Source of the DNA: Opitutales bacterium
GTDB lineage: Bacteria > Verrucomicrobiota > Verrucomicrobiia > Opitutales > CAXXNP01
DNA: 64,000 nucleotides
NCBI GenBank assembly: GCA_963665345.2
Contig: OY762281.2
Location: 1,216,163 to 1,280,162 of the forward strand
Direction: 5' to 3'
Position 1 is the stretch's first letter; every line of letters begins with the position of its first letter. A program made the translations under genes and the position numbers. The notes below the pieces were generated by a model. The model was given only the letters and a program-made list of their open reading frames with translations, made no database searches and was not told where the DNA came from. This document shows, piece by piece, positions 10,431 through 20,702 of the stretch.

Positions 10431-10955
10431 TCATTTGATGCCGAAGCGCTCGGGGATAAAGCCACGATCGAGAAGGGCTTGACTTAGTTCCTGAACATCG
10501 AGCTGGGCACCGGGAGAGACATCTTTGTGCGAGTACCAACCCTGAGTCATTTCTAAAGCAAATGTCAGGTCGGAACGACGGGAGCGAACCGAGGTCTCGT
10601 CGTGGGGGTACATGCGATAGATCTCTCTGAGCACTCCATCCTGCGAGAAATAGCCAATATCGAGGGGAATGAGCGTATTGCGCATCCAGAATACGAGTTG
10701 CCGTGGATAGGTGTAGATAAAGAGCATCCCGTGATTTTCGGGCAATGACTGACGAAACATGAGACCACGGCGCATCTCTTCTTCAGCCACCGCAAGTTGC
10801 AGGTGGACGATTTGGCTACCTAGATTTATGGGAAAGTAGTGGTTGGCGCCTAGGATCTCCTTAGGACGTGGATTGCCGCAGGAGGCACACAGCAGTAGAA
10901 TGCAGATCCAGATGTTGCGGAAGATCGGCAGTAATGGCACTGTTCGAGTCAACAT
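10431..10955 (-). CDS. DUF192 family protein, probably exported or lipoprotein
   Basis: MRRGLMFRQSLPENHGMLFIY...WMRNTLIPLDIGYF is typical of DUF192 (COG1430). The start is placed at ATG 10955, which gives a hydrophobic N-terminus ending in LLCASC. Confidence 0.7.
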   Translation of the reverse strand: MLTRTVPLLPIFRNIWICILLLCASCGNPRPKEILGANHYFPINLGSQIVHLQLAVAEEEMRRGLMFRQSLPENHGMLFIYTYPRQLVFWMRNTLIPLDIGYFSQDGVLREIYRMYPHDETSVRSRRSDLTFALEMTQGWYSHKDVSPGAQLDVQELSQALLDRGFIPERFGIK

Positions 10956-11134
10956 GGAAGGCGGATGGCAAAAATCTAGACAAACCGACCCACATCTCAA
11001 TGCTTTTGCGAATCAGCTGAGGGAGACTTTGGGTAAGCCAGAATGGCGCAGCAGGCATCGATCATATCGGCTCCAAACACAACTGCTAATCCGTTCGGTG
11101 CTTGATACGGTGAGGAACCGGTAAGGAATCTCCG

Positions 11135-12274
11135 ATGAAAAAAGACAGTTCCCGAGCATTGTTGCTCTATGCTGATTCCGAACATTGTGCGGACCAGCTT
11201 TACCTGGGTGGAATCTTCGTCCCGGATCCATTCCTCTCATTCAAACTTGCAAATCGGCGCATCGCCGTGGTCAGTGCACTAGAGTATACACGAGTGAAGG
11301 CCCAGTCTGCATTTGATGAGGTTCTGGCGCTGGAATCCCTGAAGCAGAGGGCTAAGAGGCGGTTCCGCATTGCAGAGCCAGGCATGGCAGAGGTCGTCCG
11401 GCTGTTGGCGGCGGAGTACGCAATTGAGGGGTGGGTGATCTCACCGACTTTTCCCGCCGGATTGGCCCTTCAACTGCGCAGAGCTCGGGTCAAATTGTGC
11501 GTAGGTGAGGAAGGACTGTTTCCCGAGCGCCTTTACAAAAGCGATGAGGAGGCGGAGGCCATTCGCCAGGGAAACGCAGCCAGCGCGGCAGGACTGCGCG
11601 CGGCCAGCGAAGTCCTGGCCTGCTCCACGATCGAGAACGGCAATCTGCACTTTGACGGTGAGGTATTGACCTCGGAGCGCCTTCAGCAGGAGATAGCTAT
11701 TGCCTGTCTGCGATCAGGCGCGGTGGCCAATCAGACCATCGCCGCCGGCGGCGACCAGGCCTGTGATCCCCATTGTTCGGGATCGGGGCCATTGCGACCG
11801 AATGAGCTCATCATCGTCGATGTCTTTCCTCGGGTGTCCGCAACCGGATACCATGGCGATATGACACGGACCTTCCTGAAGGGCAAGGCCAGCGCCGAGC
11901 AGCGAAGACTGGTCGATTCGGTGAAGGAAGCCCACGATCTGGCGCTGGGAATGGTGAGGGCGCGCGTTTCAGGGGCGCGTGTTCACGGCAAAGTCGAGTC
12001 CTTCTTTGAGTCCAGAGGATACAAAACACGGAAGGTGGGCGACGTGAACGAGGGCTTTTTTCATTCTACGGGCCATGGCTTGGGTCTCGAGGTTCACGAA
12101 GCTCCGCGCATTGCCCGGCAGAGTCCCGGCCTGAAAGCGGGGATGGTGGTGACGATTGAGCCTGGTCTTTATTACCCGGGCCTGGGCGCTTGCCGGGTCG
12201 AGGATGTGGTACGGGTCTGCAACGGCGGTTGCGAGCTGCTGTCGCACTTTCCCTACGATTGGGAGATAGCATGA
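11135..12274 (+). CDS. M24 family Xaa-Pro aminopeptidase/dipeptidase
   Basis: Pita-bread fold metal ligand motifs are present: DVFPRVSATGYHGDMTRT, HSTGHGLGLEVHEAP, VVTIEPGLY, RVEDVV. Confidence 0.85.
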   Translation: MKKDSSRALLLYADSEHCADQLYLGGIFVPDPFLSFKLANRRIAVVSALEYTRVKAQSAFDEVLALESLKQRAKRRFRIAEPGMAEVVRLLAAEYAIEGWVISPTFPAGLALQLRRARVKLCVGEEGLFPERLYKSDEEAEAIRQGNAASAAGLRAASEVLACSTIENGNLHFDGEVLTSERLQQEIAIACLRSGAVANQTIAAGGDQACDPHCSGSGPLRPNELIIVDVFPRVSATGYHGDMTRTFLKGKASAEQRRLVDSVKEAHDLALGMVRARVSGARVHGKVESFFESRGYKTRKVGDVNEGFFHSTGHGLGLEVHEAPRIARQSPGLKAGMVVTIEPGLYYPGLGACRVEDVVRVCNGGCELLSHFPYDWEIA

Positions 12275-13245
12275 GGAAACTCCTGCAAAAGATTGCGCGC
12301 CTGAAGGTGGTGGTGGTGGGCGATCTGGCCCTGGATCACTACATTTGGGGCGACTCGAGCCGACTCTCACCGGAGGCTCCGGTTCCTGTAGTAGCGGTCG
12401 ATAACGAAACCTACACGGCTGGCATGGCGGCGATTCCTGCCCTCAACCTGAGAGCGTGGAACGTGGGCGTGGAGGTATGCGGGGTATTGGGTGATGACGA
12501 GTCCGGCGGGCGGCTTCGCGCCCTCTTGCTCGAGGCCGGAATCCGGCACGATAACGGCTTTGTCGTTCCCGGTCTGCGCAGCATTGTGAAGACCCGGGTC
12601 ATGTCTCGAGATCAGCACATATGTCGGGTTGACCGAGAAGATCCACCCAGTGCCTACGCCGTGGGGTGGAAGCATCAGATCGATGCTTTGAGGGGAAAGA
12701 TCGAAAGCGCTGACGCAGTGATACTATCTGATTACTCCAAGGGTGTTATCACCGAGGAGTACATTGAGAAGATTCAACTGACGGCGAGTCAGATAGGCAT
12801 TCCGGTTTCGCTGGATCCGAAACCCCGCCGGCCCCTGCGTTTTCACGATCTCGATCTCATCACGCCGAATCGTTCTGAATCGCTAGAGTTGGCCGGTATC
12901 GGGCAGGACTGGTATGACCGATTCCCTGCCGACGAGGTGTGCCTGAGTATTTGGGAGAAATATCGACCGCGCAATCTTGTGATTACCCTGGATAGTGAAG
13001 GCATGCTGCTTGCCCGGGAGGGCCGGGTAGTGAAGCGAATTCCCTGTTATGCCCAGGACGTATTCGATGTCAGCGGAGCAGGGGATACGTCGATTGCGGC
13101 ATTGACCGCCGCCATGGCCTGTGGCGAGGACATGGAAGCAGCCATCCACTTTGCCAATACTGCGGCAGGGGTGGTGGTGGGCAAGCGGGGCGTGGCAGTG
13201 GCCTCTCCCGATGAGATTCTCGCTCACTGGGTTGCGCATGAATAG
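12271..13245 (+). CDS. hldA: D-glycero-beta-D-manno-heptose-7-phosphate kinase (RfaE domain I type, PfkB family)
   Basis: Ribokinase-like motifs VVVVGDLALDHYIWG and DVSGAGDTSIAAL. The ATG at 12271 overlaps the upstream stop (ATGA). There is no adenylyltransferase domain. Confidence 0.8.
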   Translation: MRKLLQKIARLKVVVVGDLALDHYIWGDSSRLSPEAPVPVVAVDNETYTAGMAAIPALNLRAWNVGVEVCGVLGDDESGGRLRALLLEAGIRHDNGFVVPGLRSIVKTRVMSRDQHICRVDREDPPSAYAVGWKHQIDALRGKIESADAVILSDYSKGVITEEYIEKIQLTASQIGIPVSLDPKPRRPLRFHDLDLITPNRSESLELAGIGQDWYDRFPADEVCLSIWEKYRPRNLVITLDSEGMLLAREGRVVKRIPCYAQDVFDVSGAGDTSIAALTAAMACGEDMEAAIHFANTAAGVVVGKRGVAVASPDEILAHWVAHE

Positions 13246-13801
13246 CGGTGAGTGCAGCGGTCTCTTTTTCGATCGAGACGGTACCCTTATAGTGGACAAG
13301 AACTACCTCGCGGACCCCGAGGGAGTGGAGCTGATACCCGGCGCGCACGAGGCACTGCTTCGAGCCCGTGATCATGGGGCTCGCCTGTTTCTCTTCACTA
13401 ACCAGAGCGGTGTGGGGCGGGGTTGGTATACGCTTGGGGATGTTGAAGCCTGCAACCGAAGAATGCTTGAGCTCATGGGATTGCCCGACGCCATTTTTTC
13501 CGAGATATGTATCGCTACGGAGGCACCCGATCAACCTGATGTCTACCGTAAGCCTTCGCCCCGATTCATCCGTGAAATGGTGGCCAAATATCGACTCGAT
13601 ACCCGGAGTTGCTTCATTATTGGTGATCGCCATTCGGATATGGAAGCCGGCTTGAACGCAGGAATATCAGCCTGTGCCGTGCGTTCAGGCGCACCGATGG
13701 AAGCAAGGTTGGAGGCGCTCATTCGCGGGCATCAGATTCCGATGTTTGAGGATGTAAACGAGGCGCTGAAGACGCTGCTTAATGATCCGGTCGGATCATG
13801 A
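13238..13801 (+). CDS. gmhB: D,D-heptose 1,7-bisphosphate phosphatase (HAD-IIIA)
   Basis: FFDRDGTLIVD (DxDxT), FLFTNQSGVGRG, and IIGDRHSDMEAGLNAG. The start overlaps the hldA stop by 8 nt. Confidence 0.85.
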   Translation: MNSGECSGLFFDRDGTLIVDKNYLADPEGVELIPGAHEALLRARDHGARLFLFTNQSGVGRGWYTLGDVEACNRRMLELMGLPDAIFSEICIATEAPDQPDVYRKPSPRFIREMVAKYRLDTRSCFIIGDRHSDMEAGLNAGISACAVRSGAPMEARLEALIRGHQIPMFEDVNEALKTLLNDPVGS

Positions 13802-13809
13802 TGCAAGGC

Positions 13810-15573
13810 TCACATCCTTTGCAGGGTAGGGATGCTGAGAATGTGAAGCCCGGTTTCCAGCGTGCGCAGGGTACTGGCACAGAGCAGCAGCCGCCGCGAG
13901 CGAACAGCGGGATCGTCGGTAATGACGCGGTCGGCGTTGTAGAAGGTGCTGAAGAGTCCGGCCAGTTCGAACAGGTAGCTACAGAGGATATGCGGACGAA
14001 GATCCTGCAGGGTTTGACTGAGGGTGTTGACGAAGGCGACAAGCTTGGCAGCCAGCGCTGCTTCGGTATCGGTTTCAAAGGCGGTCGCCTCCTCTTCTCC
14101 CTCTCCCGGCTGGAGGCCGGCATTGCGAAAAATCGAATAGATGCGAGCGACTGCGTAGAGGAGGTAGGGAGCGGTGTTGCCCTCCAGACTCAGGAGTTTA
14201 TCCCATGAAAAAACGTAATCGCTGGTGCGGTTATGAGCCAGGTCGGCATATTTAACTGCCGCGATACCCACGGTTCGCGCGACCTGCTGTTTCTCATCGT
14301 CAGGCAGATCCGGATTTTTCGTCGAAACCACGCCATAGGCGCGGTCGACCGCTTCGTTGAGAAGATCCTTGAGTTTTATGGGTTCGCCTTGGCGGGTTTT
14401 GATTGGGGATCCCCCCTCTCCCAATATCATTCCGAATTTGATGTGCTTAAGCTCCGGTACCGTGTCGCCGCGTGCGGCCAGCCATTTCTGTGAAGTGAGA
14501 AACAACTGCTCGAAATGGTCGCTTTGCCTGGGATCCACGACGTAGTGGATTGCATCGGCGGCGAATTGCTCGACCCGGTAAAGCACGGTAGCGAGGTCGG
14601 TGGTCGAGTAATTGCTGGCACCATCAGATTTCCTGACGATAAAGGGCTGCTTATTGAAACGCGGGTGGTCGCGGTGAAACACCACTAATGCGCCCCGGCT
14701 TTCCTCGGCTATGTGGAATTGCTGCAGTTCGCAGTAAACCCGATCGACCTGGTCACGGTAGAAACTTTCGCCGTAGACGTAGTCGAATCGGACATCGAGA
14801 AGATCGTAGATCGCTTGCAGAGCGGCGTATGTGTAGCGGCAGATGCTCTTCCACAGGGCAATGTTCTCGGGGTCGCCATCCTGTAGCTTGACCAACTCGG
14901 CGCGCGCTTCTTCCCGAGCGCGTTCATCCCGTTCGAAGATCTCGTTCCCCTCGCGGTAGAGGTTCTCGATGGCATCGAGCGGATCGTCAACTTTCTCATC
15001 GAGGTCGAATGCTGACCGTTTGACAGCCATGATCAGAATCCCGAATTGGGTGCCCCAATCGCCTAGGTGATTGTCGCGAATAACCCTTGCTCCGCAGAAC
15101 TCGAGCAGGCGGCTCAGACTCTCGCCGATGATCGTTGTGCGGATGTGACCGACATGGAGCTGCTTGACGGTATTGGGCGAGCTGAAGTCGATCACGATGG
15201 TGCGTCCGCGATAGATCCGGCCGGCCGCGGCTTTAAGCTCATCTTCAGAGCGGTAACGTTGAAGCCAGCCCAACAGGAATGCGGGCAAGAGGCGAAAATT
15301 GATAAATCCGGGACCGGCGATTTCGACGCCGATGAGGTTGGGATCGATCGCCTGCTGCGCCTCCATGGCTTCTACCAGTTTCGTGGCCAGGGCACGAGGA
15401 TTCGTCCTGATGCGGCGGGCAAAGGGCAGGATTCCGTTAGCTTGAAAATCTCCGAACCGTGGATCCGCGGGTAGGAGCCGGGGATCGAAATCGGACTCGA
15501 ACTCATCTATTTGAGCGGCAGCCCGGCGCAGTATGGCATCGAGGGCAGGAGCGAGATTGAACCAGATGTTCAT
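13810..15573 (-). CDS. argS: arginine--tRNA ligase
   Basis: 587 aa with class I HIGH motif SSPNTVKQLHVGHIRTTIIGE and the ArgRS anticodon-binding C-terminus ending in M. Confidence 0.95.
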   Translation of the reverse strand: MNIWFNLAPALDAILRRAAAQIDEFESDFDPRLLPADPRFGDFQANGILPFARRIRTNPRALATKLVEAMEAQQAIDPNLIGVEIAGPGFINFRLLPAFLLGWLQRYRSEDELKAAAGRIYRGRTIVIDFSSPNTVKQLHVGHIRTTIIGESLSRLLEFCGARVIRDNHLGDWGTQFGILIMAVKRSAFDLDEKVDDPLDAIENLYREGNEIFERDERAREEARAELVKLQDGDPENIALWKSICRYTYAALQAIYDLLDVRFDYVYGESFYRDQVDRVYCELQQFHIAEESRGALVVFHRDHPRFNKQPFIVRKSDGASNYSTTDLATVLYRVEQFAADAIHYVVDPRQSDHFEQLFLTSQKWLAARGDTVPELKHIKFGMILGEGGSPIKTRQGEPIKLKDLLNEAVDRAYGVVSTKNPDLPDDEKQQVARTVGIAAVKYADLAHNRTSDYVFSWDKLLSLEGNTAPYLLYAVARIYSIFRNAGLQPGEGEEEATAFETDTEAALAAKLVAFVNTLSQTLQDLRPHILCSYLFELAGLFSTFYNADRVITDDPAVRSRRLLLCASTLRTLETGLHILSIPTLQRM

Positions 15574-15898
15574 GGTCGGGCGAATAGGGCGTTGAGGGAG
15601 GCGAAGGCCACAGAGTGGCCGGGCTTGGCCCCAATGGGTATACCTCGGATCACGAGGCTTAGACGACGCGTACCGGAAGAGGGGAGGCAGAATTTCCTTT
15701 TATCTTTGGCTTCTGGACGTTATCATAAGCGTAAGAAGCATAGAGAGACCGGCCTCGGAGGCAACCAATCATACACCGCGATTTTACAAACCGTTCAGAA
15801 AATACTCGACATATATTTCCTTAATAACCTAGTAATAAAAGGTTTACGACTTTGACGATAATCTATCCAGCAACATTAACAGCAGCCTGTGGAGAAAG

Positions 15899-17221
15899 AT
15901 GATGGCTCTACGGAAGTTCATCAAGCCCTCGTTTGCGTACCTTATTGAAAAGAAACGAGACGGTGGCGAATTTTCCCAGGAGGAGATTCGCTTCGTGGTC
16001 GATTCGATCATCGACGGGAAAATGCCGGATTACCAGCTATCGGCTCTGGCAATGGCCATTTACTTTCAAGGCATGTCCGCCCATGAAGCGGCGACGTTGG
16101 CGGAAGAGATGATGTTGTCCGGCGAAGTGATCGATTTGTCGCATATTACCATGCCCAAGGTGGACAAGTATTCGACCGGGGGAGTAGGGGACAAATCGTC
16201 GTTGGTATTGGTCCCCTTGGCGGCGGCTTGTGGTGTGGTCATGCCGATGATGAATGGGATCGATGAGGAATTCGTGATCAGCACATTACGAAAGCTTCAT
16301 TCCATACCCGGGTTTCGCTCGGACCTCGATCTGGATGCCTTTGTGAAACAATTGAAGACGGTTCACTGTGCAATCTGCCAGCAGAGCCCGGAAATCGCAC
16401 CCGTAGACAAGGTGCTCTATCGGTTGCGCCAGAACACCGCCACGATACCCAGCCTGCCCTTGATTACGGGAAGTGTCCTGAGCCGCAAGTTGGCGCAGGG
16501 AGCGGAGGGGTTGGTAGTCGATGTCAAATGGGGTAATGGATCTTTCATAAAGGACCCCGATCAGGCGCGCCAGCTCGCGCGCAGCATTACTCGTGTGGGG
16601 CGCTCGATGAAGCGCCGGTGCGTGGCCCTGGTGACGGATATGAATCAGCCCTTGGGTGACTCAGTGGGGACCTCACTGGAAATTAAGGAGGCCGTGGCGT
16701 TGCTGAAGGGAGAAGGCCCGGCCGACCTCAAAGAACTGATTTTAAAACTGGGTATGGAGATTGTGCGCCTGGCTGGAGTTGCGGGTTCGACCTTGTCCGC
16801 CAAGCAGACCGTTCAGAGGCAGATTCACAGCGGGACGGCATTTGAGAAGCTGAAAGAAATGGTGAGCGCCCAAGGGGGAGACGCCAGCTACCTCGATGAC
16901 CTTAGCAAGTTCCCCGAAGCCAAGTACGTGCGCAAGATGCCTGCGCCCAAGCGAGGGTATGTGCACACGATCAATGCCGGTATGATCGTGCGTGGCGTAC
17001 AACTGTTGGCCACGGGTGAAAATGGTGAATGGGACGATGTGGCGGGAGTTTCTGAAATCAAGAAAGTGGGAACGCAGGTAAAGCAGGGCGAACCGCTTAT
17101 GATGATTCATTACAGTGAGGAATCGCGTTTGGAGTCGGCACTGGAATATCTGAGAACGGCCTATCGTCTGGCGCCCAAAAGACCAAATCCTCCACCGTTA
17201 GTAGTAGAACGCGTGGCGTAG
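15899..17221 (+). CDS. deoA: thymidine/pyrimidine-nucleoside phosphorylase
   Basis: 440 aa with the glycosyltransferase family 3 motif KYSTGGVGDKSSL and a C-terminal PYNP domain. Confidence 0.9.
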   Translation: MMALRKFIKPSFAYLIEKKRDGGEFSQEEIRFVVDSIIDGKMPDYQLSALAMAIYFQGMSAHEAATLAEEMMLSGEVIDLSHITMPKVDKYSTGGVGDKSSLVLVPLAAACGVVMPMMNGIDEEFVISTLRKLHSIPGFRSDLDLDAFVKQLKTVHCAICQQSPEIAPVDKVLYRLRQNTATIPSLPLITGSVLSRKLAQGAEGLVVDVKWGNGSFIKDPDQARQLARSITRVGRSMKRRCVALVTDMNQPLGDSVGTSLEIKEAVALLKGEGPADLKELILKLGMEIVRLAGVAGSTLSAKQTVQRQIHSGTAFEKLKEMVSAQGGDASYLDDLSKFPEAKYVRKMPAPKRGYVHTINAGMIVRGVQLLATGENGEWDDVAGVSEIKKVGTQVKQGEPLMMIHYSEESRLESALEYLRTAYRLAPKRPNPPPLVVERVA

Positions 17222-17228
17222 CAATCCC

Positions 17229-17786
17229 TTAGGCACGGCCCAGGTAGGTGCCATCGGCAGTACTTACCTTGATGGTGTCGTCCTGCGTGACGAAAAGAGG
17301 GACCTGAACGACCAACCCGGTCTCGGTGGTTACCCTTTTCTGAACTTTACTGGCGGTGTCTCCGCGCACGGCGCCGGGAGCTTCGACGATTTTCAGGTTG
17401 ACGGCTGAGCGTAATTGAATCTGGACGGCCCGGTCCTCAACGAAGAGAACGTCGTACATATTGCCCTCGGACAGAAACTTTCTTGCCTCCTCCACCATTT
17501 CCGGCGAAATCAGGGTATCTTCGAATGTGTCCGGGTCAAGGAAATGGTAGCCGTCGGCGTCGAGGTAGCTGAATTCCAGGCGCTTGGTGTCGGTCATCAT
17601 GATGTCGACACTATCAGTACTGCGGAACTTGACGTTGGTGGTGCTTCCCGAAGTAAGGTTGCGTAAGTTGGTCTGGACAAAACCGGCCTGCCGGCCTTGG
17701 GTACGATGGAGCATATCGAGCACGAGGTGTGGCGCGCCGTGGTAGTCGATCACTTTTCCTTTCCTGATATCGATAGGGGAGGCCAT
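17229..17786 (-). CDS. efp: translation elongation factor P (Arg at loop tip)
   Basis: 185 aa, three-domain EF-P colinear with E. coli and Pseudomonas EF-P. The loop reads HRTQGRQAGF, with R32 (17691-17693) aligned to E. coli K34. Confidence 0.93.
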   Translation of the reverse strand: MASPIDIRKGKVIDYHGAPHLVLDMLHRTQGRQAGFVQTNLRNLTSGSTTNVKFRSTDSVDIMMTDTKRLEFSYLDADGYHFLDPDTFEDTLISPEMVEEARKFLSEGNMYDVLFVEDRAVQIQLRSAVNLKIVEAPGAVRGDTASKVQKRVTTETGLVVQVPLFVTQDDTIKVSTADGTYLGRA

Positions 17787-17933
17787 GGTATTCTTAGGTT
17801 CAAATAGTGCGTGTTCTTTGAGGGGAGCGTTTTAAACGCTCTGTTAATGCCCTTACCGCTTTGCTGTCAACATCTCCGCGCTTTACAAAAGAGCATCGCA
17901 ATTTAGGTTCAAGGATCTGTTGCCTATCGCTTG

Positions 17934-19268
17934 ATGAAACAAAGAACGATCTTACGGGAGGTATCAATTTCAGGTACGGGTGTCCACACGGGCGAAAAAG
18001 TCACCCTGACGATGAAGCCGGCGCCGGTCGATCACGGCATCGTGTTTCGCCGTATCGATCTGTACGGAAAGCCCGAGATCAGACCTGGTGTCGGTTCGGT
18101 AACAGATCTGGTTCGCCGCTACACCATCGGGTCAGGGCACCACAAGATACATACCGTCGAGCATGTTCTGAGTGCGCTGACGGGATCGCGGGTAGATAAT
18201 GTGTTGATCGAGGTCAACGGCAGCGAGACCCCGATTCTGGATGGCTCGGCCAAGCACTACGCCAATCTCGTCTTGCAAGCCGAACCCATAGAACAGGAGA
18301 GTGATCGCAAGTACTTCGCTCTCGATACTCCGATTTCGGTGACGGAGGGTAACCGTTCCATCATCGCGATACCCTACAACGGGCTAAAGATCACGTGCAC
18401 GCACATCGATGATCGTGGTAGCCCGCCTCAGCATCTTTCGCTCGAAATCGATCCCGAAAACTACCTGGCGTCGGTGGCGCCGGCGCGGAGCTTTGTGTTC
18501 TACGACGAGGTCGAGGAACTGCTGAAGATGGGACTGATACGAGGCGGAAGCCTCGATTCGGGCATTGTGATCCGTGGAGAAACGATGATCTCGAAGGAGC
18601 CGTTGAGATTCGAAGATGAGCTCGTGCGGCACAAGATACTCGATATCATAGGCGACATCTCGCATCTTGGGGTGGCGCTGAAGGCGCACATTATCGCGGT
18701 GAGGACGGGTCATCGGCTTAACTACGAGCTGACCAAGAAGCTGGACCAGCGTTTAGATCAGCTGTCGGAAGGAAAAGGCAAGCCGGCGCCGGAGGCGGCG
18801 GCTAAAGTAGCCTCAACCGAGACTTATCTGGATATACGCCGAGTTCTGGATGTGTTGCCACACCGGTATCCTTTTCTGATGGTTGATCGGGTGGTTAGCA
18901 TCAAGGATGGCGAGGAATTGGTGGCGATAAAGAATGTGACCATCAATGAACCGTACTTTCTGGGTCACTATCCCGGCCGTCCGCTGATGCCGGCCGTATT
19001 GCAGATCGAAACCATGGCACAGGCGGCGGGCATTCTCCTGCTACGCCACATCAGCAGTGAGGGAAAGGTCGCCCTGTTCATGAGCTGTGATAATGTAAAG
19101 TTCCGGCAGCCGGTCACACCGGGCGACCAACTGGAGATTCATGTCAAGATTAACCGGATACGCGCACGGAAGATCGCCACCGCCTCCTGTCAATGCGAAG
19201 TCGCGGGCAAGGTGGTATCTTCAGCAGACGTCATGTTTGCCATCATGGATGCGCCAGATGAAAGCTAG
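17934..19268 (+). CDS. lpxC/fabZ: bifunctional UDP-3-O-acyl-GlcNAc deacetylase / 3-hydroxyacyl-ACP dehydratase
   Basis: The N-terminal part is LpxC ([22 protein letters not shown]). The C-terminal part is the FabZ hotdog fold ([39 protein letters not shown]). Confidence 0.93.
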   Translation: MKQRTILREVSISGTGVHTGEKVTLTMKPAPVDHGIVFRRIDLYGKPEIRPGVGSVTDLVRRYTIGSGHHKIHTVEHVLSALTGSRVDNVLIEVNGSETPILDGSAKHYANLVLQAEPIEQESDRKYFALDTPISVTEGNRSIIAIPYNGLKITCTHIDDRGSPPQHLSLEIDPENYLASVAPARSFVFYDEVEELLKMGLIRGGSLDSGIVIRGETMISKEPLRFEDELVRHKILDIIGDISHLGVALKAHIIAVRTGHRLNYELTKKLDQRLDQLSEGKGKPAPEAAAKVASTETYLDIRRVLDVLPHRYPFLMVDRVVSIKDGEELVAIKNVTINEPYFLGHYPGRPLMPAVLQIETMAQAAGILLLRHISSEGKVALFMSCDNVKFRQPVTPGDQLEIHVKINRIRARKIATASCQCEVAGKVVSSADVMFAIMDAPDES

Positions 19269-20052
19269 TGTCCTAGTGTCAATACACAGTACAGCTATCG
19301 TAGATTCGCGCGCAGAAATCGGAGATGATGTGGAGATTGGGGCCTTTTCCTATATAGGGCCGCAGGCCATCATCGGTGCGGGCAGTATTATTCATCACCA
19401 CGCAACGGTGGAAGGATTCACGCGCCTGGGATCGGGATGTGAGGTCTATCCCTATGCATTCATCGGCGGCAAAACTCAGGATCTGAAATTTGCGGGAGGG
19501 GTGCCTGGATTGAAGATTGGCGCAAGAAATGTCTTCCGCGAGTATTGTACCGTGCATTTGGCCACGAACGATGGTGATTTCACCCTAATCGGCTCCAACA
19601 ACTACTTCATGGCCTACAGCCACATCTCGCATGATTGCCTTCTAGGGGACGGCATCAAAATAGGGCATGCCTGCACGCTGGGCGGTCATATGGAGGTGCA
19701 CGACTGCGCCAACGTCGGAGGCGGGCACACCGCCATCCACCCGTTTTGTCGTATTGGAAGGTTTGCCTACACGGGTGGATGCTCAAAGGTGGTACAGGAC
19801 ATTCCACCCTACATGCTCGGCGATGGCAATCCCGCGGAGATCCGGACCATTAACCGGATTGGCATGCAACGCAATCACTTCAGCGAGGAGGAGATCAGCC
19901 TAGCGCGCAGGGTATTCAAGATCCTTTACCGCGAAGGGTTGAATCGACGGCAGGCCCTTGAACGCTTGCGCGAAGATGAAGAATCGAGTCAACCCATCGT
20001 CAGGACAGTGAGAGAGTTTATCGAAGCAGGTAGTGAGCGGGGATCGGCTTGA
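19258..20052 (+). CDS. lpxA: acyl-ACP--UDP-GlcNAc O-acyltransferase
   Basis: Left-handed beta-helix hexapeptide repeats from [22 protein letters not shown], followed by the LpxA C-terminal helical domain. The ATG at 19258 overlaps the lpxC/fabZ end. Confidence 0.9.
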   Translation: MKASVLVSIHSTAIVDSRAEIGDDVEIGAFSYIGPQAIIGAGSIIHHHATVEGFTRLGSGCEVYPYAFIGGKTQDLKFAGGVPGLKIGARNVFREYCTVHLATNDGDFTLIGSNNYFMAYSHISHDCLLGDGIKIGHACTLGGHMEVHDCANVGGGHTAIHPFCRIGRFAYTGGCSKVVQDIPPYMLGDGNPAEIRTINRIGMQRNHFSEEEISLARRVFKILYREGLNRRQALERLREDEESSQPIVRTVREFIEAGSERGSA

Positions 20053-20194
20053 TGGGAGCGGGAAGGAGACCCTGTATTCGTCTGCGGAGAGTCCGGGAAT
20101 CGAGGGTCTGCTGGCTTCCGTCTTCGCTCTCAAGGCTCGCCGAGACGCATCGCAGGACGGTTGCGAGATAGTGCCTTTCGACTTTGTTCAGCCT

Positions 20195-20548
20195 TCAGGG
20201 TCCTTGTTTATCGGACTGACTCTGGCCTTTGAGCCGGTCTCCCAGTTGCTGCAGAAACTCGAAACTGTAGAGGCCGGTCCGGTGACCATCTGAAAAGTGA
20301 AATCGTATGGCGTAATTGCCGACGTAATCCCAGCCCAGAACTTCGACGTCGGGAAATCGACTGGGCCCTTGACCGCCGTGTATATTCCCTAGAATGTCAC
20401 GCTCCCCGATGTTTTCCGCGCTGGGCGAGTTTGCGCGCAGGGTCTCCATGGGAAAGTAATCCTCGCGGCCGTCCGGCCAGAGGATGGCAATCTCACTGCC
20501 GATTATCTGGATGTCCTTTGGAGGAGTCATGGCATCTTCGGGTTGCAC
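20195..20548 (-). CDS. DUF971 domain protein
   Basis: 117 aa. IAILWPDGREDYFPMETLRANSPSAEN and YAIRFHFSDGHRTGLYSFEFL match the DUF971 pattern. Confidence 0.6.
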   Translation of the reverse strand: MQPEDAMTPPKDIQIIGSEIAILWPDGREDYFPMETLRANSPSAENIGERDILGNIHGGQGPSRFPDVEVLGWDYVGNYAIRFHFSDGHRTGLYSFEFLQQLGDRLKGQSQSDKQGP

Positions 20549-20702
20549 AGCTTTCCGGGTAAGTGGTAAAGCTTTCGGAGATCGTAACTTTGATCAATTT
20601 CAATAGCTGCTCCCATCATGGCTGTTCTGGCAATTTTTTCAGGTTTTTGCCAACTGGATACTGATTTTTGAAGCTGCATCTGTCTCAAGAGAGGATTTTA
20701 CC

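Noticed and set aside
12190-12270. N-terminal extensions offered by the ORF track (12190, 13121, 19141, 49265, 56117, 53581, 38665, 34582, 6327)
   Set aside because: The extensions overlap the preceding gene in another frame and lack family similarity. Conserved N-termini begin at internal ATGs that form ATGA/TGATG-type coupled junctions.
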